Shown: positions 10,865 through 20,216 of the stretch, one piece after another
How the letters are laid out: every line of letters starts with the position of its first letter
Numbering within the stretch: position 1 is the stretch's first letter
Source: Bacteroidales bacterium
Lineage (GTDB): Bacteria; Bacteroidota; Bacteroidia; Bacteroidales; VadinHA17
DNA: 64,000 nt
Direction of reading: 5' to 3'
Assembly (NCBI GenBank): GCA_033791445.1
Contig: JASJGS010000243.1
Location: forward strand, 3,069-67,068
Translations under genes and position numbers: made by a program
Notes under the pieces: generated by a model
What the model was told of the DNA's origin: nothing
Databases searched by the model: none
Seen by the model: the letters and a program-made list of their open reading frames with translations, nothing else

Positions 10865-11440
10865 ATGGAACAGATTTATATTGAAGATAAAACTTTTGAC
10901 AATATTGACTTTAAAGAAAATCCTTTGAAAAAAGGAGAATATGAAAACTGCGACTTCATTAATTGTGACTTTTCCAATTCAGACCTTTCTGATATTAGGT
11001 TTTCAGATTGCCATTTTGTTGATTGCAATTTAAGTTTAACTAAACTTATAGGAACAGTACTGCAGGATATAAAATTCAAAGAATGTAAAATGTTGGGACT
11101 ACATTTTGATGATTGCCATGAGTTTGGACTTTCATTTAGTTTTGAGAGCTGCTCACTTAACCATTCTTCATTTTATAAAACTAAAATCAAAAAAACGACC
11201 TTCAAGAATTCACAATTACAAGAAGTCGATTTTACAGAATGTGTATTGAATAATTCAGTATTTGATAATTGTGACCTGACTGAGGCAACTTTTTATAACA
11301 CAAACATTGAGAAAACCGATTTTAGAACTTCAGAAAATTATTCCATTGACCCTGAAAATAATAGAATAAAAAAGGCTAAATTTTCTTTCCCTGATGTTAC
11401 AGGACTTCTAGACAAATATGATATTGAAATTGAATCCTAA
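10865..11440 (+). CDS. Pentapeptide repeat protein (McbG-like)
   Basis: Continuous five-residue repeats (CDFIN CDFSN SDLSD IRFSD CHFVD CNLSL). Confidence 0.92.
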   Translation: MEQIYIEDKTFDNIDFKENPLKKGEYENCDFINCDFSNSDLSDIRFSDCHFVDCNLSLTKLIGTVLQDIKFKECKMLGLHFDDCHEFGLSFSFESCSLNHSSFYKTKIKKTTFKNSQLQEVDFTECVLNNSVFDNCDLTEATFYNTNIEKTDFRTSENYSIDPENNRIKKAKFSFPDVTGLLDKYDIEIES

Positions 11441-11483
11441 AATTTTTATGTAATCCCAATAACACTGGAAAATATCCACTGAA

Positions 11484-14153
11484 TCATAATAAATTCGAGC
11501 CTTCTAATATTATATTCACATCCCGGCTTTTCATATCTTCTGGGTTGAATCGAACTTTAATAGTTCTGCTTTCCCCTGGTAGAAGTGAAAAATAATTATC
11601 GTCCCAATACGCAGGCAAAATCTCCTCACCATCCAGGCTCTCAACAAGTGAAAGCTGTATTCCAAAGGCAATTGTTTCTGATGGATTATCCAGAAATACA
11701 ACTGCTGTATTTTCCTCCTCCCCGATTTCCATGAAATAATCCATATTCACCTTAACCATTGGGAGATTTTTGAGAGCTGTAAAATCAGCATATGATTTTT
11801 GCTCTGCGGAAAAAACATGCCAGGTTCTTCCCTCATGAAATATGGGAACTTCTTCTTTTGATCCTTCTATATCCTTGACCGTTGATAACCAATAAAAATT
11901 GTCTGAAACAATTGAATCCTTTTCGTTTTTTAGCTTTAAACTTAAAAAATATGTCTTTGAAATGTCCTCAGGAACATTTATTTGGAAAGCCAGGGCTTTA
12001 TCATTTTCATTTACTGAAATGGTTTTTGTCTCTGCAAAGACTTGTTGCATAGAAAGATCCAAAACTTTGGCCTCAACAACCAGGTTTTGAAAATCTTCAA
12101 AATAATTATTTATTACATATACAGATTCGTCATCGTAAGCATATTGAACATGTAGTGGTTCACATGCCTTTTTAGCTCCATAATATGCTCCTCCTACATT
12201 TAGATACCAGTCTACATATTGCCAGGTTAAAGCAGCTGGCCAGGCAGCATCGTATTTCCAGGTGGTTATCCCCAGGGCATCGTATTTATTCCGTCCATAA
12301 GCTTCAAACATGCCCCGGGAACTTTCATAATTCAGAAGCATCCCTGTACTTGCAAATTCCTTTGCGTCATTTATTTCGCCATAACGCTTTTGCATGGCTT
12401 TAATGACTACATCAAAATAATGTATTCCCTGTAAAACACTATGAAATGAAAATGTTTCATTGTAGGGTGGCCATATTTTATCTTCAGGCATCATTTTTTG
12501 CATGCTTGAATATGGAGCAAAAATTCCTCCTATACCACCTGATTGAGCAAACCCCCATGCCCCATCAACTTTGTGGGTATAATAATGTGAAGGATAGGCA
12601 TATGTCCATAATTCCAAAGTGCCCGTTCTGGTTCCACCTGTTTTAAAACGGTTCTCAATATCAAAGGCGCCTGAGTGCGGTTGGTATGTTCTTTCTGGTG
12701 TATATCTGGCAATCAATGATCGGTAGGCACTGTCAAGATTTTCGGTGGGAAAAGTCTCATCGTGGCCCAGGAAGTGTACCAGGCTAGGATGGTTTCGAAT
12801 CCTCAACAACATATCTTCAATATTTTGAATCGATAGTGCTTCATCAGGGAGATTCCGGCCAAATATTTGCTGGGTAACCATTACACCCAATTTGTCGCAA
12901 ATATCATAGAATTCATCGGTCTCACGTATAGAAAATCCTTCTGATCGAAGCATATTTAAATTTGCTTCCCTGGCATATCTCACCAGGGCTTCATATCTTC
13001 TTTCTGAAAGGTTCAAAAGCATATCACTGGTCATCCAGGCTCCTCCACGAATTAGAATTTTCTTTCCATTCACCATATACCCGCGCCAGCCCTCATCATC
13101 AATGTATGTAGATACTTCCCTGATGCCGAAGTTAACCTCCTGCTGGTCTGAACTTTTATTTTTTGTCTTAAATTCAAGGTGGGCTTTATATAATTCTTGC
13201 TTCCCATATGGGTGTGGCCACCATAAACGTGGATCTTCTAATTTAAGCTGGGAAAATTCTTCTGGAGTAAACTTTACCCATATGGCTTCATTGGGTTCGA
13301 GTATAACTTTCTTTTTAAACTTGATATTTTCAATAGTACCTATAAGTTCTCCTTCGACTTCAGAGCTTGATTTATTGACTACCTGGGCTGAAACCGTTAA
13401 GCTTGCATTTTCAAGTGAAGGAAGATCCAGGTCAGTAACGATATAAGGGTGTTTTATAACCACCGACCCAGAGGAACTAATATATACATCTCGCCAGATT
13501 CCCATATTTAAATCCGGTGGTTGAGGATTGTGATCATCCCACCCTGTAGTTGCTTCCAATTGTTTCGTACGGTAAAATACATCCGGTAAATGGCCAGGAG
13601 AGATGATCTCAATAGCCAACACATTTATTTCTCCAGCATTTACGAACTGATCAATATCAAACTCAAAGCGACGAAACATTCCAATAACCTGATTGGAATC
13701 AGCAATCTGGGTTCCGTTTAGCCAGACATTTGCCTTATAATTAATGCCATCCAAATGTAATGCAAGTTTTCTGCCTTGCATTTTTGCTGGTATTTCAAAT
13801 TCTTTTCTATACCACCAGGAAGGATAAAAAGGACTATCTTCTAACATTGCCAGCCACCTTCCTTCCCTATATCCAGGAATAGATTTTAGGTTATCGCCAT
13901 AATAAGGATCTGGATAAACTTCATTCTCGGCTAAAGCTGCCAGTACTGTAATAGGAATATCTGTATTAAACCAGTTTTCTGGTTCATAATTGACTGAAGA
14001 CAATTTCTCTCCGGAATTTTGAATGCTGTCAGCCGACTGAATAAGCCAATTCTCGTTTAATTTTAATATATCAGGCCCAATAGAAACATTTGTCCTGCAA
14101 CTATTGACTAACATCAGTAATGACAGGTAAAAACAAAGATTAATTTTCTTCAT
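11484..14153 (-). CDS. Glycoside hydrolase family 2, exo-beta-glucosaminidase/beta-mannosidase-like, lipoprotein
   Basis: Lipobox VNSC; WWYRKEF, GINYKANVWLNG, GIWRDV, PRLWWP, FGIR, NHPS, KKACEPLHVQY, DNYFSLLPGE; catalytic residues look atypical (see findings). Confidence 0.85.
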   Translation of the reverse strand: MKKINLCFYLSLLMLVNSCRTNVSIGPDILKLNENWLIQSADSIQNSGEKLSSVNYEPENWFNTDIPITVLAALAENEVYPDPYYGDNLKSIPGYREGRWLAMLEDSPFYPSWWYRKEFEIPAKMQGRKLALHLDGINYKANVWLNGTQIADSNQVIGMFRRFEFDIDQFVNAGEINVLAIEIISPGHLPDVFYRTKQLEATTGWDDHNPQPPDLNMGIWRDVYISSSGSVVIKHPYIVTDLDLPSLENASLTVSAQVVNKSSSEVEGELIGTIENIKFKKKVILEPNEAIWVKFTPEEFSQLKLEDPRLWWPHPYGKQELYKAHLEFKTKNKSSDQQEVNFGIREVSTYIDDEGWRGYMVNGKKILIRGGAWMTSDMLLNLSERRYEALVRYAREANLNMLRSEGFSIRETDEFYDICDKLGVMVTQQIFGRNLPDEALSIQNIEDMLLRIRNHPSLVHFLGHDETFPTENLDSAYRSLIARYTPERTYQPHSGAFDIENRFKTGGTRTGTLELWTYAYPSHYYTHKVDGAWGFAQSGGIGGIFAPYSSMQKMMPEDKIWPPYNETFSFHSVLQGIHYFDVVIKAMQKRYGEINDAKEFASTGMLLNYESSRGMFEAYGRNKYDALGITTWKYDAAWPAALTWQYVDWYLNVGGAYYGAKKACEPLHVQYAYDDESVYVINNYFEDFQNLVVEAKVLDLSMQQVFAETKTISVNENDKALAFQINVPEDISKTYFLSLKLKNEKDSIVSDNFYWLSTVKDIEGSKEEVPIFHEGRTWHVFSAEQKSYADFTALKNLPMVKVNMDYFMEIGEEENTAVVFLDNPSETIAFGIQLSLVESLDGEEILPAYWDDNYFSLLPGESRTIKVRFNPEDMKSRDVNIILEGSNLL

Positions 14154-14436
14154 AATCTATTCCCTTAAAATAATTTATGGTATCGTAAAAACAGAAATTA
14201 ATATATTCCTTGCTATTTATCGATTTGATTCATACAAATTTATAGAATATACCGGACTATTTGACCATTAATTAATAACTCGTTTCAATGCAATATTGAC
14301 CTGGCTTCTAGATTCATCTTTTTAATAAGCGTACTCCCTATTTTACATAGTTTATTTCCCTCCTTTTTAGTTTAAGAATTATTAATAAATTAGACCTTTT
14401 ATAAATGTTGGGATTTCGCTTATTGCAACACCATAT

Positions 14437-16581
14437 ATGTCAGAGAAAAATAATACCGGAAATTCAGGCCTTATCACAAGCAAGAAATTGAATGTGTTTG
14501 GTGGTGTATTTGTACCGGATGTATTAACCATCCTTGGGGTTATTATGTATTTGAGACTGGGATGGGTAGTGGGCAATGCTGGCTTTCTGGGTGCAGTTCT
14601 TATTATTGTTCTGGCAAAGTCGATCACTATTTGTACGGCTCTTTCCATGTCATCAATCACTACAAATATTAAGATTGGTTCAGGTGGGGCTTTTTCGATA
14701 ATCACAAAATCACTTGGTCTGGAAGCTGGTGGTAGTATTGGCATTCCTTTTTATATATCACAAACCCTGGCTACTGCCCTGTATATAGTTGGATTTACAG
14801 AAGGCTGGATCTATATTTTTCCCAACCATCCACATATTTTGGTCTCTATAATAGCCTGGTTTTTATTAGTTAGTATTTCATACATAAGTGCTCATTTTGC
14901 CATAAAAATTCAATATTTTATTATGGTTATAGTGGCTTTATCCATATTGTCATTTTTATTTACACGAAATGAGCCAACTGCTGCTATCCCTTTTGTAGGA
15001 GAATTTGAAGATGCAAGTTTCTGGCAGGTTTTTGCCATTTTTTTTCCAGCAGTTACTGGTATTATGGCTGGTGCAAACTTATCTGGAGATCTGGAAAATC
15101 CACGCAAAGCTATTCCTCTAGGAACTCTCAGTGCCATTGGGGTTACCATGGTTATTTATATTGCTATGGCTTTTGTTGCTGCAAAATATATTTCTCCTGC
15201 TGAACTCCGTAGCAATCAAATGGTTATGATTGATTATGCTTTTTGGGGACCCATGGTATTAATGGGGATACTGGCAGCAACTTTCTCTTCAGCTTTAGGT
15301 AGTATTATCGGTGCTCCACGAATTTTGCAAGCGTTATCAGAGCAGCGTACCGTTCCCTTGTATCAAGTATTTTCAAAGAAGACCCGAAATAATGAGCCCC
15401 GAAATGCAACTATTTTCACCTCTCTTATCATTTTGGCGGCTCTTCTACTAGGCAACCTGAATGCCCTGGCTACTCTTATTACTATGTTCTTTTTAATTAC
15501 CTATGGCATGATTAACCTGGTGGTATTTATGCAACAGGGAATGAAGATCATTAGTTTTCGTCCTACTTTTAAAATTCCGACTTTTGTTTCACTTCTGGGT
15601 GCTGCAGGAAGCATTTTTGTAATGTTCCTGATCAATCCAGTTTTTAGTCTTGTTGCTATTGCGGTTATCGTTAGCCTTTACATATGGCTGGGAAGACGTG
15701 GACTGAAATCTGAATCAGGAGATATCCGAGGGGGATTTTTTCTTGTTTTAGCTGAAAAAGCTTCACGCATAGCTGCAAAATTTCCACGTCACCAAATCTC
15801 CTGGAAACCCGATCTTTTAATTCCTATAAAAGATCCTAAAACATGGGCTGGATCTGTTCTTTTTATTAAGAATATTGTGTATCCCTCCGGCAGTGTTTTT
15901 GCCTTTACTGTACAGGATCATGACCTGGAAGACACTGAAAATAACCTCTCGGAGCTGATCAGCCCCTTGGAAGATCATAATTTGCTGGTTCATTCTATTG
16001 TACTTGAGCATAAAAAGTTTTTACCTGGAGCTCGCCTTATAATGCAAACCCTAAAGGCCGGAGCAATGCGGCCAAATATTCTGTTTTTGAATTTAGGGAA
16101 TAACCTGGATAAAGAATCATTAATAACTAAACTCTCGGTATATGCTGCAAACAATGACCTGGGAACCATTATTTTGCGACAACACCTAGAAAAAGGCTTT
16201 GGACTACAAACCAATATAAATCTCTGGTTGAGGGATAAAAGTCCCAATTATCATCTGGCCGTTTTAATTGCTCTCCAGCTTCAACTCAATTGGCAGGGAA
16301 ATCTTAATTTAATTACGGTTGGTAGCAAGGAAAGTGATAGGAAACGATTGTATAAATTTCTCGAACAGTTAAGTGACCAAGCTCGCCTTCCCTCAATGAC
16401 AGAATTCTATGTATTTATTGGAGATTTTACAGATACTTTGCATAGAGCTCCTGAAGCGGATATCAATATTTTTGGCCTGGCTGACACCCTGTTCTTTGAT
16501 TTTATGCGTGAAGCTCCTGAGCTAACCAATTCATCATGTCTTTTTATCAGGGATTCCGGCAAAGAAAGTGCATTGGTATAA
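14437..16581 (+). CDS. Amino-acid permease superfamily, prokaryotic cation-chloride cotransporter (CCC/SLC12-like)
   Basis: GVF.P..LTILGVIMYLRLGWVVG, FFPAVTGIMAG.NLSGDL..P, APRILQAL, FRPTF; about 12 TM helices plus a soluble C-terminal domain. Confidence 0.88.
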   Translation: MSEKNNTGNSGLITSKKLNVFGGVFVPDVLTILGVIMYLRLGWVVGNAGFLGAVLIIVLAKSITICTALSMSSITTNIKIGSGGAFSIITKSLGLEAGGSIGIPFYISQTLATALYIVGFTEGWIYIFPNHPHILVSIIAWFLLVSISYISAHFAIKIQYFIMVIVALSILSFLFTRNEPTAAIPFVGEFEDASFWQVFAIFFPAVTGIMAGANLSGDLENPRKAIPLGTLSAIGVTMVIYIAMAFVAAKYISPAELRSNQMVMIDYAFWGPMVLMGILAATFSSALGSIIGAPRILQALSEQRTVPLYQVFSKKTRNNEPRNATIFTSLIILAALLLGNLNALATLITMFFLITYGMINLVVFMQQGMKIISFRPTFKIPTFVSLLGAAGSIFVMFLINPVFSLVAIAVIVSLYIWLGRRGLKSESGDIRGGFFLVLAEKASRIAAKFPRHQISWKPDLLIPIKDPKTWAGSVLFIKNIVYPSGSVFAFTVQDHDLEDTENNLSELISPLEDHNLLVHSIVLEHKKFLPGARLIMQTLKAGAMRPNILFLNLGNNLDKESLITKLSVYAANNDLGTIILRQHLEKGFGLQTNINLWLRDKSPNYHLAVLIALQLQLNWQGNLNLITVGSKESDRKRLYKFLEQLSDQARLPSMTEFYVFIGDFTDTLHRAPEADINIFGLADTLFFDFMREAPELTNSSCLFIRDSGKESALV

Positions 16582-16625
16582 GGTTTAATCAGGATCTCTG
16601 ATAATCTTTTTTTAAAAGTGATGCA

Positions 16626-16644
16626 GCATGCTCCATGAGCGTGC
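16626..16644 (+). terminator. Possible hairpin after the CCC gene
   Basis: GCATGCTC-CAT-GAGCGTGC 8-bp stem (one G-U); no clear U tract. Confidence 0.3.
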
Positions 16645-16665
16645 GTCAGTACAAATAGAACTTCA

Positions 16666-16697
16666 TGTAACATTTTAACACTTCAAACGTCTTAGCA
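16666..16697 (+). promoter_or_regulatory. ECF sigma-type promoter (autoregulatory)
   Basis: TGTAAC-N16-CGTC(TTAGCA) upstream of the sigma gene; the same motif recurs at 18327. Confidence 0.8.
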
Positions 16698-16713
16698 TTG
16701 ACTCATAAATAGA

Positions 16714-17199
16714 ATGACGGTTACCGAATACAATAAAAGTGTGGACCTCTATTCTGACAATATTTTTCGCTTTATCCTAAAAAATGTAAACGATGAAGAG
16801 AAAGCGAAAGACATTGTTCAGGATTGTTTTGAAAAATTATGGCTTAGGGTAGATTCTGTATCCTTCTTAAAAGTTAAATCATACCTGTTTTCAGCTGCAT
16901 ACCACACCTTTATTGATGCAATCAGAAAGGAAAAATCAAAAGATCAATATGTAAAAAGTTTTAACGGTGATACACAGTATAGCGATCAGTATTCTGATTT
17001 AAACGAAATCCTTCACCAGCTAATTTTACAATTGCCTGAAGCACAGAGATCAGTAATTTTACTAAGAGATTATGAAGGTTATTCCTATAATGAAATTGCC
17101 GAGATATTGAATCTTTCAGAATCACAGGTAAAAGTTTACATATACCGAGGTCGATTATTCTTAAAAGAGCGAATAGGAAAAGTAGAAGTATTGTTATAA
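16714..17199 (+). CDS. RNA polymerase ECF sigma-70 factor
   Basis: AKDIVQDCFEKLW (region 2), LPEAQRSVILLRDYEGYSYNEIAEIL..VKVYIYRGR (region 4). Confidence 0.93.
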   Translation: MTVTEYNKSVDLYSDNIFRFILKNVNDEEKAKDIVQDCFEKLWLRVDSVSFLKVKSYLFSAAYHTFIDAIRKEKSKDQYVKSFNGDTQYSDQYSDLNEILHQLILQLPEAQRSVILLRDYEGYSYNEIAEILNLSESQVKVYIYRGRLFLKERIGKVEVLL

Positions 17200-17200
17200 A

Positions 17201-18310
17201 ATGAAGTTTACACGTGAAAATTATGAGCATTTCATGATAGATTACCTTGAGGGTAATTTAAATTCCCAGGATATGGCAGAATTTGGTTCTTTCCTGAACC
17301 TGAATCCTGACATAAACGACTCTTTGACTTCATTTAACGAATTTTCTTTGCATCCAACTGACGCAACATTTCAGGATAAAGCTTCCTTAAAAAAGGAGTA
17401 TCTTGATCTGTTAGACAATATTCCTGAAGAAGAACTGAATTGTATCGCTTATCTCGAAAACGATTTAGGCATTGATAAGGCAGGTGCATTTATAAAAATG
17501 ACATCTGAAAAACCTGAGTATTTAAGCCTATTGTATAAATACAAGAATACAATACTTACACCACTTGCTATTCAATATCCTAATAAAAACCTACTAAAGA
17601 AAGCTGTTCCATTCTATTTTCGAAAGGTGATTTGGATTCCTTCTGCCGCAGCTGCCATTATTTTTATTCTCTTTATTGTAAGGATTCTCTTTATTGCACC
17701 ATCATCATCTGAGTTTGGTTCCCCACAAATATCACAATCACAACAAGAGAACCAATACCAAACCCTACCCAAGGGCTCTAAATCAGAGAACCTGGCTTCT
17801 GATAAGTCTCGAACGGTTCCCATTGAAAAGGACAATTCGTCAAAAACAGCTGAACCGTCTGCATATCAGTCAATTAATAAAATACTGGCATCTAATAATC
17901 TTGATGAAGATAATCATCCTGAAGTGTCTGACCGAAATTTGATGACTAATGCAATTCCTTTACTAGAAGGTAAGTCTGAAACCATACAAGCTAAGAAATT
18001 TGATAATTATAAACTGCATCCTCCAATAATCTATATCCCGAGGGAGTTAAGTCCTCAAGTTTTAAGTGCCTTTGAGGCATATACAATTGAAGACTTCCGG
18101 GTTAAACTAGTAAAATCGACCGATCCAAGACCTACCACAACTCCTTTACTGGTTTCACTTGCCGATGCCGGAATAAAAGGAGCCAACAAAATTTCTGGAG
18201 GAAATATGGAACTAAATACAGCATCCAATAAACAAGGGAAATTAACTGCATTTGTTTTTAACTCCAGGGGATTAAAAATTGCCTCAAGTGTGAAGAAAAA
18301 GAAATTGTAG
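17201..18310 (+). CDS. Putative anti-sigma factor (single TM)
   Basis: Starts 1 nt after the sigma stop; duplicated DYLEGNL/AYLENDL N-terminal motif, TM SAAAAIIFILFIV, low-complexity periplasmic linker. Confidence 0.7.
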   Translation: MKFTRENYEHFMIDYLEGNLNSQDMAEFGSFLNLNPDINDSLTSFNEFSLHPTDATFQDKASLKKEYLDLLDNIPEEELNCIAYLENDLGIDKAGAFIKMTSEKPEYLSLLYKYKNTILTPLAIQYPNKNLLKKAVPFYFRKVIWIPSAAAAIIFILFIVRILFIAPSSSEFGSPQISQSQQENQYQTLPKGSKSENLASDKSRTVPIEKDNSSKTAEPSAYQSINKILASNNLDEDNHPEVSDRNLMTNAIPLLEGKSETIQAKKFDNYKLHPPIIYIPRELSPQVLSAFEAYTIEDFRVKLVKSTDPRPTTTPLLVSLADAGIKGANKISGGNMELNTASNKQGKLTAFVFNSRGLKIASSVKKKKL

Positions 18311-18326
18311 CAACTCGACAATTTCC

Positions 18327-18358
18327 TGTAACTTTTATCCTATCTGCACGTCTTAGCA
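18327..18358 (+). promoter_or_regulatory. Second ECF sigma-type promoter
   Basis: TGTAAC-N16-CGTC(TTAGCA); -35 and -10 elements and spacing identical to 16666. Confidence 0.8.
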
Positions 18359-18382
18359 ACAGAAAACATTAAAACTTAAACT

Positions 18383-19306
18383 ATGAAAAAATCTATTTCT
18401 GCCCTTGTATTGCTGGTGTTTATCATTTCTACTGGTTTTGCTTCTCCCGACACTACCAATGTAAAAGTGGGACCAGATAAGGTTGTACGGGTAGTAGATA
18501 ACTTTGATGGAACCAATGTGGTAATTGGCCGGAGCGGTAACATAATTGTTGATGAAAAAGACGATACTGTAAAAGTTAAAATTGGACAAAGAGGCATCAA
18601 AATCATAGATGGCTGGGATGGAACCAATGTAGAGTTTCTGGATGCATCTGAACTTGAAAAAGAGTTCAATTTCAAAGCCAAACCACGTTTCAGGGGTCAC
18701 TGGGCTGGATTCGAATTGGGACTCAACAATTACCTGACTCCAAGTGGCTCATATACTAATAGCTATCTCGCGCTTAGCTCGGGTAAATCATGGAATGTAA
18801 ATATCAATTTCATTCAATACAGTATTAATCTAAGCAAACAAAAAAATATTGGTATTGTCACTGGTTTGGGATTTCAAATGAATGATTATAAGTTCAGTGG
18901 AAATAGTAGTATAGAAAAGGATAGTGATGGCAATATTGTCCCTATATATTTTACCCAAAACATGAAAATGTCAAAATTTCATGCCAACTATCTAAGTCTT
19001 CCTATAATTTTTGAATTCCACCTAAATCCAAAAAAATATGGACGAAGATTCTATTTGGGAGTAGGTGTAATTGGTACCATGAAGCTTTGGTCTTACACAA
19101 AAATAAAATATTATGACCCTGGTAAAATTAAAGCCAAGAATTACGATGACCTGAGTATTAATCCATGGCAGGCAGCAGTAACTTTAAGAGCCGGATTCAA
19201 GTTCATAAAAATCTTTGTGAATTATAATTTAAATACTCTTTTCATTAAAGACAGAGCTGAAGCATTGCACCCCATTTCCGCAGGCCTTGTTTTACTAAGT
19301 TTTTAA
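18383..19306 (+). CDS. Outer-membrane beta-barrel protein
   Basis: Signal peptide, FRGHWAGFELGLN, alternating beta-strand pattern, C-terminal Phe. Confidence 0.75.
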   Translation: MKKSISALVLLVFIISTGFASPDTTNVKVGPDKVVRVVDNFDGTNVVIGRSGNIIVDEKDDTVKVKIGQRGIKIIDGWDGTNVEFLDASELEKEFNFKAKPRFRGHWAGFELGLNNYLTPSGSYTNSYLALSSGKSWNVNINFIQYSINLSKQKNIGIVTGLGFQMNDYKFSGNSSIEKDSDGNIVPIYFTQNMKMSKFHANYLSLPIIFEFHLNPKKYGRRFYLGVGVIGTMKLWSYTKIKYYDPGKIKAKNYDDLSINPWQAAVTLRAGFKFIKIFVNYNLNTLFIKDRAEALHPISAGLVLLSF

Positions 19307-19421
19307 ATATTCTATACAAATTAGCTGGTTTAAATAATTTTTAATCATATAAGGTTAAGATCGTCAATTTGTATTTGAACTTCAGGGAATTTCATATCTT
19401 TATGATTCTAACCTGAAGTTT

Positions 19422-20195
19422 ATGACATCATCAAATTTATCCGAAAAAGAACTCCGAAGATATCGCCGACATCTTATGATTCCGGAGATTGGCCCTGAAG
19501 GACAGGAGAAAATTAGAGATTCAAAAGTTCTTGTTGTCGGGGCCGGAGGTTTAGGTTGCCCAATTCTACAGTACCTGGCAGCTGCCGGGGTTGGCACGTT
19601 GGGTATTATGGATAACGATAAGGTTGATGAGAGCAATTTACAACGTCAACTATTGTATGGCATAAATGACATTGGTAAGCTAAAGGCCATAATTGCTCGT
19701 CAACGCCTATTAGAATTGAATAATCTTCCTGATTACAGGGTGCTAAATATTCTTCTTAACAAAAAGAACGCCCTGGAAATTATCCCGGAATATGATATTG
19801 TTGTGGTCGCTACAGATAACTTTTCAAGCCGGTATTTAATTAATGATGCCTGTGTAATACTTGGAAAGCCATTTGTATATGGATCTATTTATAAGTTTGA
19901 AGGACAGGTTTCTGTTTTCAATTATAAAAACGGCCCTTCTCTCCGCTGCCTGAACCCAAGCCCTCCATTGGAAAACGAAGCACCACAACCTTCAGATGTT
20001 GGTGTAATTGGTGTTTTGCCCGGTATAATAGGGTCCATGCAAGCCAATGAGGTAATAAAAATGATACTTGGTAAAGGAGATATTCTGTCGGGCAAATTAA
20101 TGATCATTGATATATTTAATCACCGAAATTATATCATTAGAATTAAAGCAAACCCAAAAAACTTTAATATCAAGGAACTTCAAGAAAACTATTAA
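19422..20195 (+). CDS. moeB: MoeB/ThiF/HesA family adenylyltransferase (E1-like)
   Basis: RY.RHL..PEIG..GQ, VLVVGAGGLG, DKVDESNLQRQ, TDNF..RYLINDAC; no rhodanese domain. Confidence 0.8.
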   Translation: MTSSNLSEKELRRYRRHLMIPEIGPEGQEKIRDSKVLVVGAGGLGCPILQYLAAAGVGTLGIMDNDKVDESNLQRQLLYGINDIGKLKAIIARQRLLELNNLPDYRVLNILLNKKNALEIIPEYDIVVVATDNFSSRYLINDACVILGKPFVYGSIYKFEGQVSVFNYKNGPSLRCLNPSPPLENEAPQPSDVGVIGVLPGIIGSMQANEVIKMILGKGDILSGKLMIIDIFNHRNYIIRIKANPKNFNIKELQENY

Positions 20196-20216
20196 TTACT
20201 TTCAATTTTATAAAAT

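Noticed and set aside
10865-11440. qnr quinolone resistance gene
   Set aside because: Only the generic pentapeptide pattern is visible; no specific Qnr identity can be supported
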